Assembly (NCBI GenBank): GCA_965637545.1
Contig: OZ281495.1
Location: 10,416,001 to 10,480,000, forward strand
DNA: 64,000 bases
Reading direction: 5' to 3'
DNA from: Phallusia mammillata
Taxonomy: Eukaryota
Shown: one piece after another, positions 27,472-39,010 of the stretch
Layout of the letters: each line of letters opens with the position of its first letter
How positions within the stretch are numbered: position 1 is the stretch's first letter
Notes under the pieces: model-generated
Database searches by the model: none
Told to the model about the DNA's origin: nothing
What the model saw: the letters and a program-made list of their open reading frames with translations, nothing else
Translations under genes and position numbers: made by a program

Positions 27472-28852
27472 GAATTTAATAATCACTGTTCTAACGCTAC
27501 TACATGGATACTGTTTCAAATTGATCTCCAAACGCCTAAGAAATCCAACAGGCACAACAGACAATTTATTCCAAAAGACCAGACAATGTATATTTTATAT
27601 CCCACAACACCCTCATAGTTGTTAGGATTTTCAATTTTGGGCCAAACAGATCTCTAAATACGAACAAGTAACGTAAGACATCAGACACGACAAAAACACG
27701 TCACAAAAGTAATACGTCACGCTTCAAACAAAGAAAATCGACTGTTTTAAAAGCCACTAGATGGTGCTCAAGGGCTGCTTAGAAGTTGTGGCTACAATTT
27801 GATTTCTAACTATGTAACTAACACCATGATTCCCATATCCAACATATTATCTAATAAATATTGTGCTGTGTCAAAATGCTTCACACTTATGAACTTCAGG
27901 TTGTATACATGCTGCTTCAATTGTCAAACATTTGATGTACCGAACTTTAGCAAAGAATAGCAAATCTATACATAACTTAATAAAGTGCTAGACAATTTTT
28001 TTTCGTAAATAATTTCAGAAGTAACATGTTGCTTCAAATGTTTTGTTCCCAAACATAGGTAAAAAATGATTAAATTAACCATTGCAATTCCCATAAATAG
28101 GGCATGTTTCGCAGGCAAATGACAGACAAACCTTACATGCATTGAAATCTTACAAAGATCAATTTACAGTTGTGGAGTCAAATGTGTAATCTAAAATGAA
28201 ACGTTCCTGGACAACAACTTTGAATGTGTGTGAACACAAAGGCAAAATCTGTCCTGTTTGCAAACAGTTACCTTGCTGAACAACACATTGCACAATAATC
28301 CCACCTAAACACTCAATGTATAATGCAGGCAAATATGCTATGTTTTAGCGATTTAGAAGGGGTAAGTTATGTGAGCAGGTGGATTTTCTACTTAGCTCAA
28401 TAGATTCTTGTCTGCATGAGCATGTAACCAACCATAAAGCTACTTTTAAGCAGTGATTCATACCTTTGGTTTATCAAAAAACATGGTAGACAAAGCAAAT
28501 TCAGCAGTTTAGTGAAAGGATAACAAATTTATAAAAGTTAAGCCACTGCTTTGATGTGATGAAGACATTTTTTATGTCTGTCAATGGCTCAAAAAGCTAT
28601 ATCACATAGGAATTCTTGTTTTAAAATCCGAAATGTTATTTTTGACAGGATAAATTCATTTAGTGTATATGGTCAACAAATTTTAGATGGGCAGAGCATT
28701 GATAACATAAATAAATACCAGACCATATAAACAGCAACAATGTCAAGATGTTTGCAAAAGTCTCACCACAGTTGTTGAACTAAATATTTCCTAAAACTTC
28801 ATTAAAAAAATCTGGTAACCCCAAGATAAAACACATATAGTCTGATGATGTC

Positions 28853-30618
28853 TTATGTGTTCGTTCTTCGGCCCACATTCATTTTGTTTGCAAAGAAACT
28901 TCTAAGTATCATCACTTGTCCAACCATCACTATCACCATAATTCCAAGTTGGATTAGTGACCAAAGCTGTAAAAGATAATGAGCCCCAGTCATATATGCA
29001 TGAAGACATACTATGGTGTAGCTGCAGTGCGTTCAGCTTTTATCCACCAAATGTTCCTTCATTGTTTCGTGCTGCATAATGGTTTAAGGTTGTGTAGCTA
29101 TTTAGCTTGGAGATTGTTTTAGTGCTATTGTGTCATTATGTTTTTTTCACCAGGCGAAATGAACTCAACTCAAATAAAGTTAAATAAAAATACTACACTT
29201 ACTGAACATGCTCAGTGGTGGGATTCAGCCGGTTTGCACCAGTTCTATAGAACCGTCTCACGAATTTTTATGAGATTGGCGAACTGGTTTGCATTACTGG
29301 TTATTGTCAATCGACTTTTTGTAACAGAACCGGCTGAAAAACTATAACTTTTGTGATAGAACCCGCTGAAAAAACTTTTAAATCCCACCACAGAACATGC
29401 TTCATATCACCCAGGAAAAAATATGTACATTTTTGCTTTAGATGCATTTTGCATGAAATACAAAGGACACCTATCATCAATATTACACATGAAAACATTA
29501 GACTCAGAAATAATTTATGACAAGTGGACACCTGTGAGATTAGTTGAGATAATTATGGTAAACACCAACCTGAACACGGTTTCCTAAGCGCTCTGCAAAT
29601 GTCCTTGACAATGACTCACGCAAACGGAAGTGTGTTTGAAAGTTCACAACTTTGTTGGAAGCTTCGTGGATATTTGCACAAGCTGTTTCCATCTACAGGT
29701 GAAAACAAAATGGCTATTATGTTCCGATACATGCAACTAGTCAAGGGATTCTTACCAGGCTTAATGCTGTTGCTCTGTCCATGCTATCAACTATTGGCTT
29801 TTCTGAACCAACTGAGAAGTCAAAATACACAACTTTGTGTGTAATTGTGGAAAATTCATTACTGAAGCATATCTAATGGGGAAAAAACATATTTTAAAAA
29901 AACAACATTACAAAAGTAACAACAAAACACACAAAAAAAACTATAAACTTGTAGCATATCTAATGATATGTAACAAAAAAAAAAACAGAAACAAAAAAAC
30001 ATGTTGCATATGCTCAACTTGAAAACCAAAATCTGAAGCCATGTCAAAAATTAACCTGATAAGTTGTATTCTTGGTTGCTTCCCACTCATGAGAATCATA
30101 CTGTTTCCTTTTTTCCTGATATAATTTTAATCCATCTTGGTCCTCCACATAACAATCAACATCATATCTTCCTCCACTGATGACCTAAAAACCAAAACAA
30201 ATATATACAGCAAAAGACAAGTTGGAAAAAAAAGCTTAAATGCCAAGTTTTTTCTTTGTTAATTTTAAGGGTGCAATAGTGTGACAAAAGTGGTGACACA
30301 TATTGTGTGTTTAAATTTAACATTAAAAAACCACACACAATGTGCAATGATTTAAACGCCTTCAGCTAACTCTTTAGACCCAATATAATAAAACACTATT
30401 GCAGGTGAAAAGTTAACCATATATTACAAAAAACAAACCTGATATTCTAAAGTAGCTTTGGTGCCTTTGCTCAAATCCTCGAAAAAACACTGCTTTGAAT
30501 TGTCCTCTAGCTCGAACGTTAGTTCAACGCATTTTGTTCTTCCAAATAATAACGAAATGACTAGGGATAAAATACAGAAATGCGAGCTTCGCCAACATGA
30601 GACAAGGCAAACGTTCAT
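28853..30618 (-). CDS. TMED7: p24/EMP24/GP25L GOLD-domain cargo receptor (TMED3/TMED7 group), about 220 aa; exons 30439-30618, 30056-30184, 29756-29872, 29570-29692, 28853-28966
   Basis: Signal peptide, then [73 protein letters not shown]. Five phase-0 exons total 663 nt. TMED7 versus TMED3 is not resolvable by eye. Confidence 0.92.
29213..29393. mobile_element. hAT MITE (181 bp, CAGTGGTGG ends) in TMED intron 4
   Basis: TIR cagtggtgggatt with 12/13 match; perfect TSD aacatgct at 29205-29212 and 29394-29401; homologous to 31641-31812. Confidence 0.9.
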
Positions 30619-32353
30619 GGCAATCGTTTTAAAGAACACTTTAACTCAAATGCAACAAACGAATTTTGCTTCACTCAGCCAGGAAAAGATAAACAACACA
30701 TTTGTAAAAATGAGAGAAGTGCAACACTGAGCACCAGTGTAAACAAAATTTGTATTATAATACTTTCGTTAAATCAAATTTTCAATGTTGTATCAAAAAA
30801 AAAAAATTAATTTTTGTTTCATTGTGCGATGAAAATGTATCTTTAACATTAATTAACAAATTAAAGATTTTGTGATAATTTAACTCTATGGCTGTGGATA
30901 AATTATCTGCTCCGGATTACCAAAAAAACTTTTACCGGGACACGTCACTCAGCTAGTTTGATTGAAGGTGAATGCGTGAAAGTTACATTTGAAGCTTAAA
31001 ATATTAAGTATTTATGCTAGTTTGTAAAATTGCAAAGCAAAGTAGCCTGCAAAGCAATTGCAGTTTGATGTCTATTGATTTTTGATATTTATTGTTTCTT
31101 TAATCTTGATGTACAAATGAACCTGCATAAAGTTGTGCATACCGCTTTTAAACCGCAGTTTGTGTATGAACGTTTAAACTAAATTAGTAATGCAAATGAT
31201 GTATGAATTGTATAATGAAACAATAATTGCATCATACTAATGAAATAACATTTTTTTGCAAAATCGCCTTTCTGTGACACCCGCGTTGTTTCAAACGCGC
31301 GGCGCATCGTGCCAAAGGCACGTTCACAGCGAATCTGCAGTTTCGCCAATTTAGAGAAGACGGTGAAAAGGATTTAAGGCAAGTTTCAAATGTGTTCACG
31401 CATGCAATGTTTGACTGCTTTCTTTTTTAAATCTAAATTGCTGTTTTTATCAGGTGTTTGCGACCACATTCTAATTCTGAGAACTCTTCAAAAAATTGTT
31501 GACTGAAAACAACCTAACAAAAGTTACACTTCAACAACAAAGGAATGATCGCCACATTTTCAAAAGCAGGTACTTTGTAGGCTACATTTTGTGCAAAATC
31601 ATTTCTATAGGCTTAATTACGTTTAGGCTATAGTTATACCCAGTGGTGGAATTCAAATTTTTTGTCAGCCGGTTCTATCACAAAAGTCATATTTTTCAGC
31701 CGGTGCTGTTACAAATCCATTGACAGTAACCAGTAATGCTAACCGGTTCGCTGGTCTCATGAAATTTCTTGAGACTATAGAACCAGTGCGAACCGGCTGA
31801 ATCCCACCACTGGTTATACCCACACCGTTAGTACGTGTGCATCAAATTTATGTATATGTATGTAGTTGTTGATCAAACCATTTTGGACATGTTATCAAGT
31901 CTGTAAATAGTCCACGAATCAAATTTTTACCGATTTCTTTTCGAAAGAATGGCTCTCGGGCAGTTTTTGACTGTTCGTTTTTTTTTGACGGGCGGGGATT
32001 AAAGAGTGATTGATACATTTCGAGTGAATAAGCCCGTAAGCCAATAGTGACCGTTTAAACACGCGCAGCCTATATCAATTCCACTCATCGATATGATATA
32101 ATGCAGTTACGGCAGGCGGTAACTCCATTACGAAGCTATTGATTTTTAAATTTTCTCATAATCTAGCCTTGTGACTTAAGTATCTGAAAAGAACCCTACG
32201 CCTGCCACCTTGCACATAATCTCATTTCGAGATGTTGCTTTTCTTTTCTATGTTCAATGCAACATGATTTTTTTGTGCCCAGTGGAGTGATTATTGGCCA
32301 AAACAGGGGACTTCAGTTGCTTCACCGGCACTTTACAAGCAACGTTGCGCAAA
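30619..32353. promoter_or_regulatory. Probable shared or divergent promoter region between TMED (-) and the homeobox gene (+)
   Basis: The two start codons are head-to-head about 1.7 kb apart. TSS positions cannot be determined from sequence. Confidence 0.4.
31641..31812. mobile_element. hAT MITE (172 bp), same family as 29213-29393, in inverted orientation
   Basis: TIR cagtggtgg(a/g)att; perfect TSD gttatacc at 31633-31640 and 31813-31820. Confidence 0.9.
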
Positions 32354-35300
32354 ATGGAACCGTTTAGATTGACAAGCACTAGTGGTATAGAATCGAAACT
32401 GAAGTGCAATTTTGTCCAGGCGTTGCAGAATCGAAGATCTTTCGAGAATTTTCCATGGCAGGACCGTTTCAGGACCCCCGCTGTGCCCACGGAAACGAAC
32501 TATCATAATCGTGTGGTACCGGTTGCATTGGATTGGTTAATGTCTCTGCCGGGTTCTATTCTACCCCAGGTGTTACAGCAAACGGCAAACAACGTACAAA
32601 CTCAGCTGTCTATACAGCGAAACATTTTCGCTTCAGACATGCGAGGTAGGTATAAAGTATACGATGTTTTTTGTGGGGGATTTGAGTTATTTATTTATTT
32701 TTTTGCTTACAACTTTTGCAGTAAATGCAGATCCACAATTGTTGAAATATCACCTGGAAAGTAACAGCAATAGCCGGACGAATTCCCCTCCACGGGAACA
32801 AAGTAAACAGGTATAAAAAAATTTACCACACGGTACGAAATCGCACTAATCCTTTCTAGGTTATGGTGTATGAAATTGATGAATGAAAGTTATACATATC
32901 GTTGCTGATTATAGTTCAACATTGCGATTTTGTGTTTGGTTAAACTTTGCTTGCCCTAATTTTTTCTAGCTAGCCTATACATTATTTTGATTAAAAAAAC
33001 AAAACAATCGAAGTGTGGATATCATTCATTAAAGAGGACATATTTGATTTGGTTTTATTAACTTATCGGAATAAAAAAAAGCTCACTGGCTGTAGATATA
33101 TATTATAACCATTATTTCCCAGTTAGCCTTTTGGCTATATGGTATTGTGAATACTACCTTTCTGGTTTCGTTTTACCATGATTTATTTTAATTTTTTATC
33201 AATATTTGTAGAGCGAAACAACGGGGGAAAAACTCACGACCGAACGAGGAGGCTTCACCGCCCTAAACTGCGCGCTCAATGATTGGACAAAAATCTCCAG
33301 TGAGAACAACATTACAGGTTTGACTTCCCAATTGAGTGGAAGTAGCAAACCATCGAAAATCTGTGGTCAATCGAAGCAACCGACTGTAAATATTGGCACC
33401 AATGTACATGGCGTGGAAAACCTCTTCAATGAATTTTATATGCCCTCATCTCTGCAATACTTTGTAAAATCGGCAGAACCTTTGTCAAACCAAGGTAAAA
33501 ACTAGAGATGTACCGAATATTCGGTTTGCCGAATTTATTCGGCCGAATCGATCATTTTTGCAAAGATTCGGTTTCGGCCGAATAATTTGTTGCGATTCGG
33601 CCGAAACCGAATCTTTTACGAACACAAATTTAAAGCGTTAAACGTGTCTTTTCTGCTTATTAAGGTCCAAGCAATCTTTTAAAAGCCCAAACATAACGAA
33701 ATTGTGTCAATGTTTATCTTTTTCAACACATTATCATTTTTCCCACGGTAGTCAAAAAAAAATAGTAATTCATTGGCAGATTGCCAATCATGCTTAAGGC
33801 AATTTTAAACCCCACAGAAGTGAAATAAGGACGAAAAACAACTATTTTGCACTGGCTGCCTGGTAGATAAACATTTGTTTCCCGTCAAACGCGTAGCGTA
33901 CGACTTCGCGTGACGTCAGAAATGATTCGGTTGATTCGGCCGAATTTATTCGGCAAAACCGCCGAATATTCGGTTTCGGCCGAATCGAAATTTAGCCGAT
34001 TCGGTACATCACTAGTAAAAACATTTTTGGTTGTAACACAGCACTCATTGTTTTTACAAACCTAACATTTCACGATAATCTGCAGACAGAATACGATGTT
34101 TCGTAACACGCTGTGACGAAAGATAGGCAGTATGAGCTAATGTAGCCACTTTACGACCGAATAACCGTCGTTAAATCCAGTTGTGGGCACTAACAGGTCG
34201 GGGAGACATGGCTTTTCTATCTGTTGCTCCCAACAACCCGAAGTGCCGTAAAGTGGTAGTTCATACGGCCGATCTCTTGTCACTAGCTGCACCTATGAGA
34301 CCTTATTTGCCGAAATGTGTGTACTTTGGACACCTTATTATATATTGACTCAATGCTTTTATACTAACATTTTATACCATTATGAAACAAGTAGTTTTAC
34401 GCGTTAACATTTTTTGGATGATATTGCTTTTATCACTTTATTTGATTTTGTAAGATGCCATTATTGTTTGGGTTATCTTTTTTGAAAAATATTTTTTACT
34501 CTCATTTTTTATGTTACCCAAAGATGGAAGACACCTTTATCAGAAAACCTCTCCACGTTCTCACAGTTTTGAAACAAAAGTTGATAGGAATCCAAGCAAT
34601 TTGAGGAAGGACGGTTTGATGCTTCCTACACAAGAAAGAGAATTGTCTTGTCACCAGCAACGAAGAAGCAGGACTCGTTTTACTTCAGGTGTGCAAGCAA
34701 TCTGTAAACATATCAGCCCAAAATATTTCTACGTATCCCTCAAAATCTGTCGTTAGTTGGTAAATTGATAAAAGACTAAATTTGGTACGACAAGTATGCA
34801 TTGTTATGCGTACCTGTAACTGACTTGAGCTGCTTTCACGACGCCTCATTTTATTACAACAGAACATTACTGTTAAATTTTTTAATTTATTTACAATCTT
34901 ATAAGTTACATGTAAGTTGGTTATACATGTAAGGGCACCAGTTATCGATTTTCGGAAAAATTCCAAAAATGCACAACTGGTGTCACACCGATTTTTTTTA
35001 CTTGTTGTATAGATAACTTATAGTGTTTAATTTTTCTTTTTCATGTATATACATATATATATATATTACTTTTGGTCACATAAAGCGGACAAACAAGCAG
35101 CATGTTTATTATCAGTTCTATTGTTTTTTGGCAGATCAATTGACAGTACTTGAAGCGGCATTCTCGCTTGGACATTATCCTCCAGTGGGCGTGCGAGAGA
35201 AGCTTGCAAATCGTACCGGTCTGACCGAGGCTCGGGTTCAGGTATATTCAATTGCCAGCTATCACTTCCAGGAAACCAACATTTACATAAATTCTCCTTC

Positions 35301-35398
35301 TATCCTTGTAGGTTTGGTTTTCTAATCGCCGAGCCAAATGGCGTAGATCTCGACTTAAAAACATGCAACAGCACGATCAAGAGTCTCTCGCTAGCTGA
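32354..35398 (+). CDS. PRD-class homeobox protein with Ser50 (Pax3/7-like homeodomain), no paired domain, about 275 aa; exons 32354-32645, 33318-33494, 34524-34688, 35135-35241, 35312-35398
   Basis: Homeodomain [60 protein letters not shown], with the PRD-class intron between codons 46 and 47. The three upstream introns are all phase 1 and keep the frame (total 828 nt). The homeodomain exons are high confidence; the 5' exons are moderate. Confidence 0.8.
33503..34014. mobile_element. hAT (Ac-like) MITE, 512 bp, inserted 8 nt into homeobox intron 2
   Basis: TIR tag(a/t)gatgtaccgaat with 15/16 match; perfect TSD gtaaaaac at 33495-33502 and 34015-34022; dense ccgaa/ttcgg subterminal repeats; second copy at 57337-57818. 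Confidence 0.93.
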
Positions 35399-36083
35399 TT
35401 GGCTACTCAGGTCACGTGGACGGAAGGAAGTGAAGTGGCACAGTTCAACTCAATCACGGTTGAATGACAACGGTGCCGGTTATGTTACAGGATGTTTGTT
35501 TGCTGCATGTATTTACCTGTCGGTATATATTTTACCTTAAAAGGGCTTATCAGATTGCGGCATCCTTTTTGCACAAGCTTGTTGACATTACGGCGGCGGC
35601 AGCGTGACCGTTTTTATTTGCCTGTTCGGCTTTTTGTAACAGAATGGCAAAGTCGCTGCATTGCAACAATATGAAAACAATAGAGAAGAAGAAAAACGTG
35701 ATCAATGCAACCTACTTTTAACCAAATACAGCAAAAAAGCCAAGTTAAAAATACATTTCTGTTTTGAAACAGATCTAGGTTTTACCGATTGGTAACCTAC
35801 CGATAAAAATTGAAACCAAAGCGTGACAACAAATGCTGTACAAAAAAACCCGCAATTTTACAGAATTTTTCTAGAGAAGGTATAATAACTTTATCACTGT
35901 TTTTGAACTAACTATGATTTATAAGTTCATAATTGACGGTCTTTAAAGATTCTGAACAAAAACAGACAAACTATGATTAAATTTTAGCTTTATATCCCGT
36001 TATGTATTTTTTCTTATCTTTTCACGAACGTATGGGGGCAAAAACTATAAAACTCCAAAATTAGTTGAACTTCAACCTGGTCT

Positions 36084-39010
36084 TTACGCTGGAACTCGCG
36101 ATTCAAACGGAACATTGTACATTGCGTAAGCTTCGTTTACAGCAGGACGAGCCGCGTCAATCGGTTCACGATAATCGTCCCGTTGTGCACTAGTTTCGCT
36201 GGTTGAACGAACAGAGGACGAACTGTTCCGAGCCGAACGCGGTTCTGCCGACGACCGCTGAAATCCGAACTCGTGAGACGCATTGTAAGACCCTGAATAT
36301 ACTTCCGAAGTGCTCGGTTGAGGAGATACAGGGTTGGTATTGTTTTCTGCGCAAGGTTGCGGCGGCAATGGCTCGCGTGTTCGGTCACTTGCTTCTGATG
36401 GGGCTATATTTGGCGCCAGGTACGGGGATGCCTCGCTTGGTGGAGGGTAACTGTTACGGTGCTGCACGATGGGAGTACGGCTTCCACCGAATACCGAAAT
36501 GTCCTCCTGGCTACTCTCAGCTACGCTTCCCATTCCAGGTCGGCGTTTCAGTGGCCTTGTATACGGCGAATCGCTGCCAAACTCCCCGAAGTGCTGATTC
36601 CAACCTGCGCTGCCTGGCGCCACCCCATGTCGCATATAGTTTGGCAAGCTCCTGCGTTTAACCTGGGGTCGCGGCACCGGTCGCACACTGCCAAGGCGCC
36701 GAATCTCCTCATGTAAAGGTCCCCGGCGCTCAGTTTCGCATCGGCGCAATTGGCTCCTCAAGGCGCCACCCGGGTCCTGGCGTGCCACAAAAGATCCTGA
36801 ATATTCTCGTCGTTGAGCAAATCTTCCTACTCCATTCGGGATTGGCACTGATGAAGTCGTCGGCTCCTCTTCTAGCTGATCAAAATCACTATCTGATGTA
36901 AAATCATCAACGCTATTGTTTCGGTAGGCCGGTATATCAGCATATATAGGATCCTCGCCGTTATTGGCACGGTTTTCGGCGTGTGGCACTGCGGTATAAG
37001 ATGCCGCGGTATTTTCTGCAAATGCCACAGAGCGTACAGAGCTGTTCCGGGCAAACTGTGGGGTGCTGTTTTGCCCTGGTCCGCCGCTGGGCACGTCGGG
37101 TTGCAGGTACACAGAGCTGGGCGAGTTACGTCGCATTGTAGCCATCTGTTGCAAAGCCCGCACCCTTGCAATAAGTCTGTCGATAGAGGACGAGTGGTAC
37201 TGGTTGCTGCGTGCGTTACCAGCTGCACCACCGGTGTTCTGGGAAACGGCCTGACTAGCCGTTGTTGATTGAAATGACCGAAACGGAAGAACTGACAACT
37301 TCCCTTTGCGAAATTTCTGCATACCGATGTATGTGAGTAAGACGAGTATGCAAAACGCCAGCACACCTACCAAGACCCCGATATACACCATAACTTTCGA
37401 ATCTTCTCCTGATTGTTTCTCAGTGGCCACGCTGTTTTCGTTGAGTCTTGGTTTTAGCAATACTCCAGGTCTGGTTTGGTTGCCCGGGCTTTTGGGAAAA
37501 ACTATTACCCCAACATCTGGAAAATATTTCGTTCGTTTGTTCAGTGCTGTAGTTGTAGTTGGGGCGTTTGTAGTAGTAGTGCTTTTTGTAGGGGTCGTTG
37601 ATAATGTAGTCGTGCTTGACACGGTTGTGGAAGTTGTCACTTTGTTCTTCGTAGATGGCAGCAATTCAACGAAATTCTTACACATGCTTACATAGCAAGA
37701 GCGTCGTTCCACAGCACTGTCAGACGCTGCTGTACCGGCGCATTGAGTGGCGTCCACCGCTACTGTCCCATTCTGACAGGTCCTGGTCCATAAACGCGTA
37801 CAGTTGCCATCACAAGTCGTCCCACTGGGTTGCCATGGTGACCAGCTTGGACAGGGTTGCGTGTTGCACGCCATAGTTTCTACCTCGTAGAACTTGGTCG
37901 TGCTGATCTGCTGGAACTTGTAACGCCGGGAAAGGCCACCTCCGCACGACTTGTCGCAAGTTTCCCACTCGAGCCATCTGCGCATGCACCTTGCCATCAT
38001 GTAATAGTAGGTCTGCTTTCGAACGCAGGTTTCGCTTCCAAGTGCTGCGCATGTAATATAGGTCAGCGTGTGCATAACAAGGTGACAATGCACTTCCTAA
38101 ATATCTTAAATATGGTACAATTTAACTAGACCATCGTTTAAATAACCAAAATTGAAAAAGGAAATGTGTCCCTATGATTTAATGGTTTGTTTATATTTTT
38201 CGATCCTTATGCAATGTAAACAATCCAAATCTTGCTACAAGACTTAACGACCCATTGTTTACATCTCACTAGTTTAGCTACGACCCACACAAATTTGACT
38301 ACACCGAAAACTGTTATTGGGCCACCTTTTCTAAGCATGAAAAAGTCTGAAATAGAAAAATGACACCACTAATGAAAGTGATATAATAAAGAAGCAAATG
38401 CTTCTGACTTACAAGAAGTTGTTAAAAATCGAGATATTTTATAAATTTCACCTACACAGGCATCGTCAGGGTTTAAACACCTAATCAAATAGAATCTATT
38501 TTGACTGAGTGATCGTGGACGCTATTGACATGCCTACTATTAGAGGAACAAATCATGTGAAACGCATTTATATTTTCCCAACTGAAAGTGATGTTTAGTT
38601 GCATACATTGTTCATAAAACGCTCCCACCTCAGCAAACTGCTGAAAACTTTTGATGAACACTAATGGCGTTTCATACTCGAGTAGATTTATTATAGCTGT
38701 TCTTACTTTACTTACCTCCGAAGGAATTTTGTTCCAGACAATTTTGAATGTTGGTTTTGATCCAGTACTTGCAGCCAGCGTAAGTAGACAGTTGAATTTT
38801 TGGTCCGCTGGTTTGATTATGTACTCTCCATCCCGTTGAGCAGCTTTGTCCGATTCGCTGACTTGACTTGGGTTGATTGCAAACTCCGTTACGACCATTG
38901 CTGATCTTGTCTTCAACAACCACTATATTGTAGGTTGTCTGTCCATTGAGCAGAGCGACTAGACAAATGTAGACACTACAGCGAAACAGAAGTCTGTTTG
39001 TGGCCGGCAT
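36084..39010 (-). CDS. Single-pass type I membrane protein: signal peptide, Cys-rich CTL-like region, two TSP1 repeats, Thr-rich stalk, TM, about 410-aa low-complexity Tyr-rich tail; tentative exons 38716-39010, 38607-38660, 38270-38298, 36084-38096 (about 796 aa)
   Basis: The 669-codon ORF has WLEWETCDKSCGGG..R and WSPWQPSGTTCDGNCTRLWTRTC (TSP1), a T-rich tract and the TM segment VMVYIGVLVGVLAFCILVLLTYIGM. The upstream ORF MPATNRLLFRCSVYICLVALLNG has a signal peptide and a strong G|GTAAGT donor at 38716/38715. The two small middle exons are my best phase-consistent guess. Confidence 0.75.

Noticed and set aside
2472-30618. Four consecutive - strand genes as a possible tunicate-type operon
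   Set aside because: Intergenic gaps are 1.3-7.7 kb, far larger than the abutting genes of known ascidian operons.
33503-34014. Regularly recurring ccgaat/attcgg palindromic units superficially like a CRISPR array
   Set aside because: No constant-length repeat with unique spacers; they are subterminal repeats of a hAT MITE with TIRs and TSD in a eukaryotic genome.
36137-37876. Several 60-160 aa ORFs overlapping the TSP1 receptor exon in other frames and on the opposite strand
   Set aside because: Expected shadow ORFs of a long, GC-richer coding exon; no recognisable motifs.
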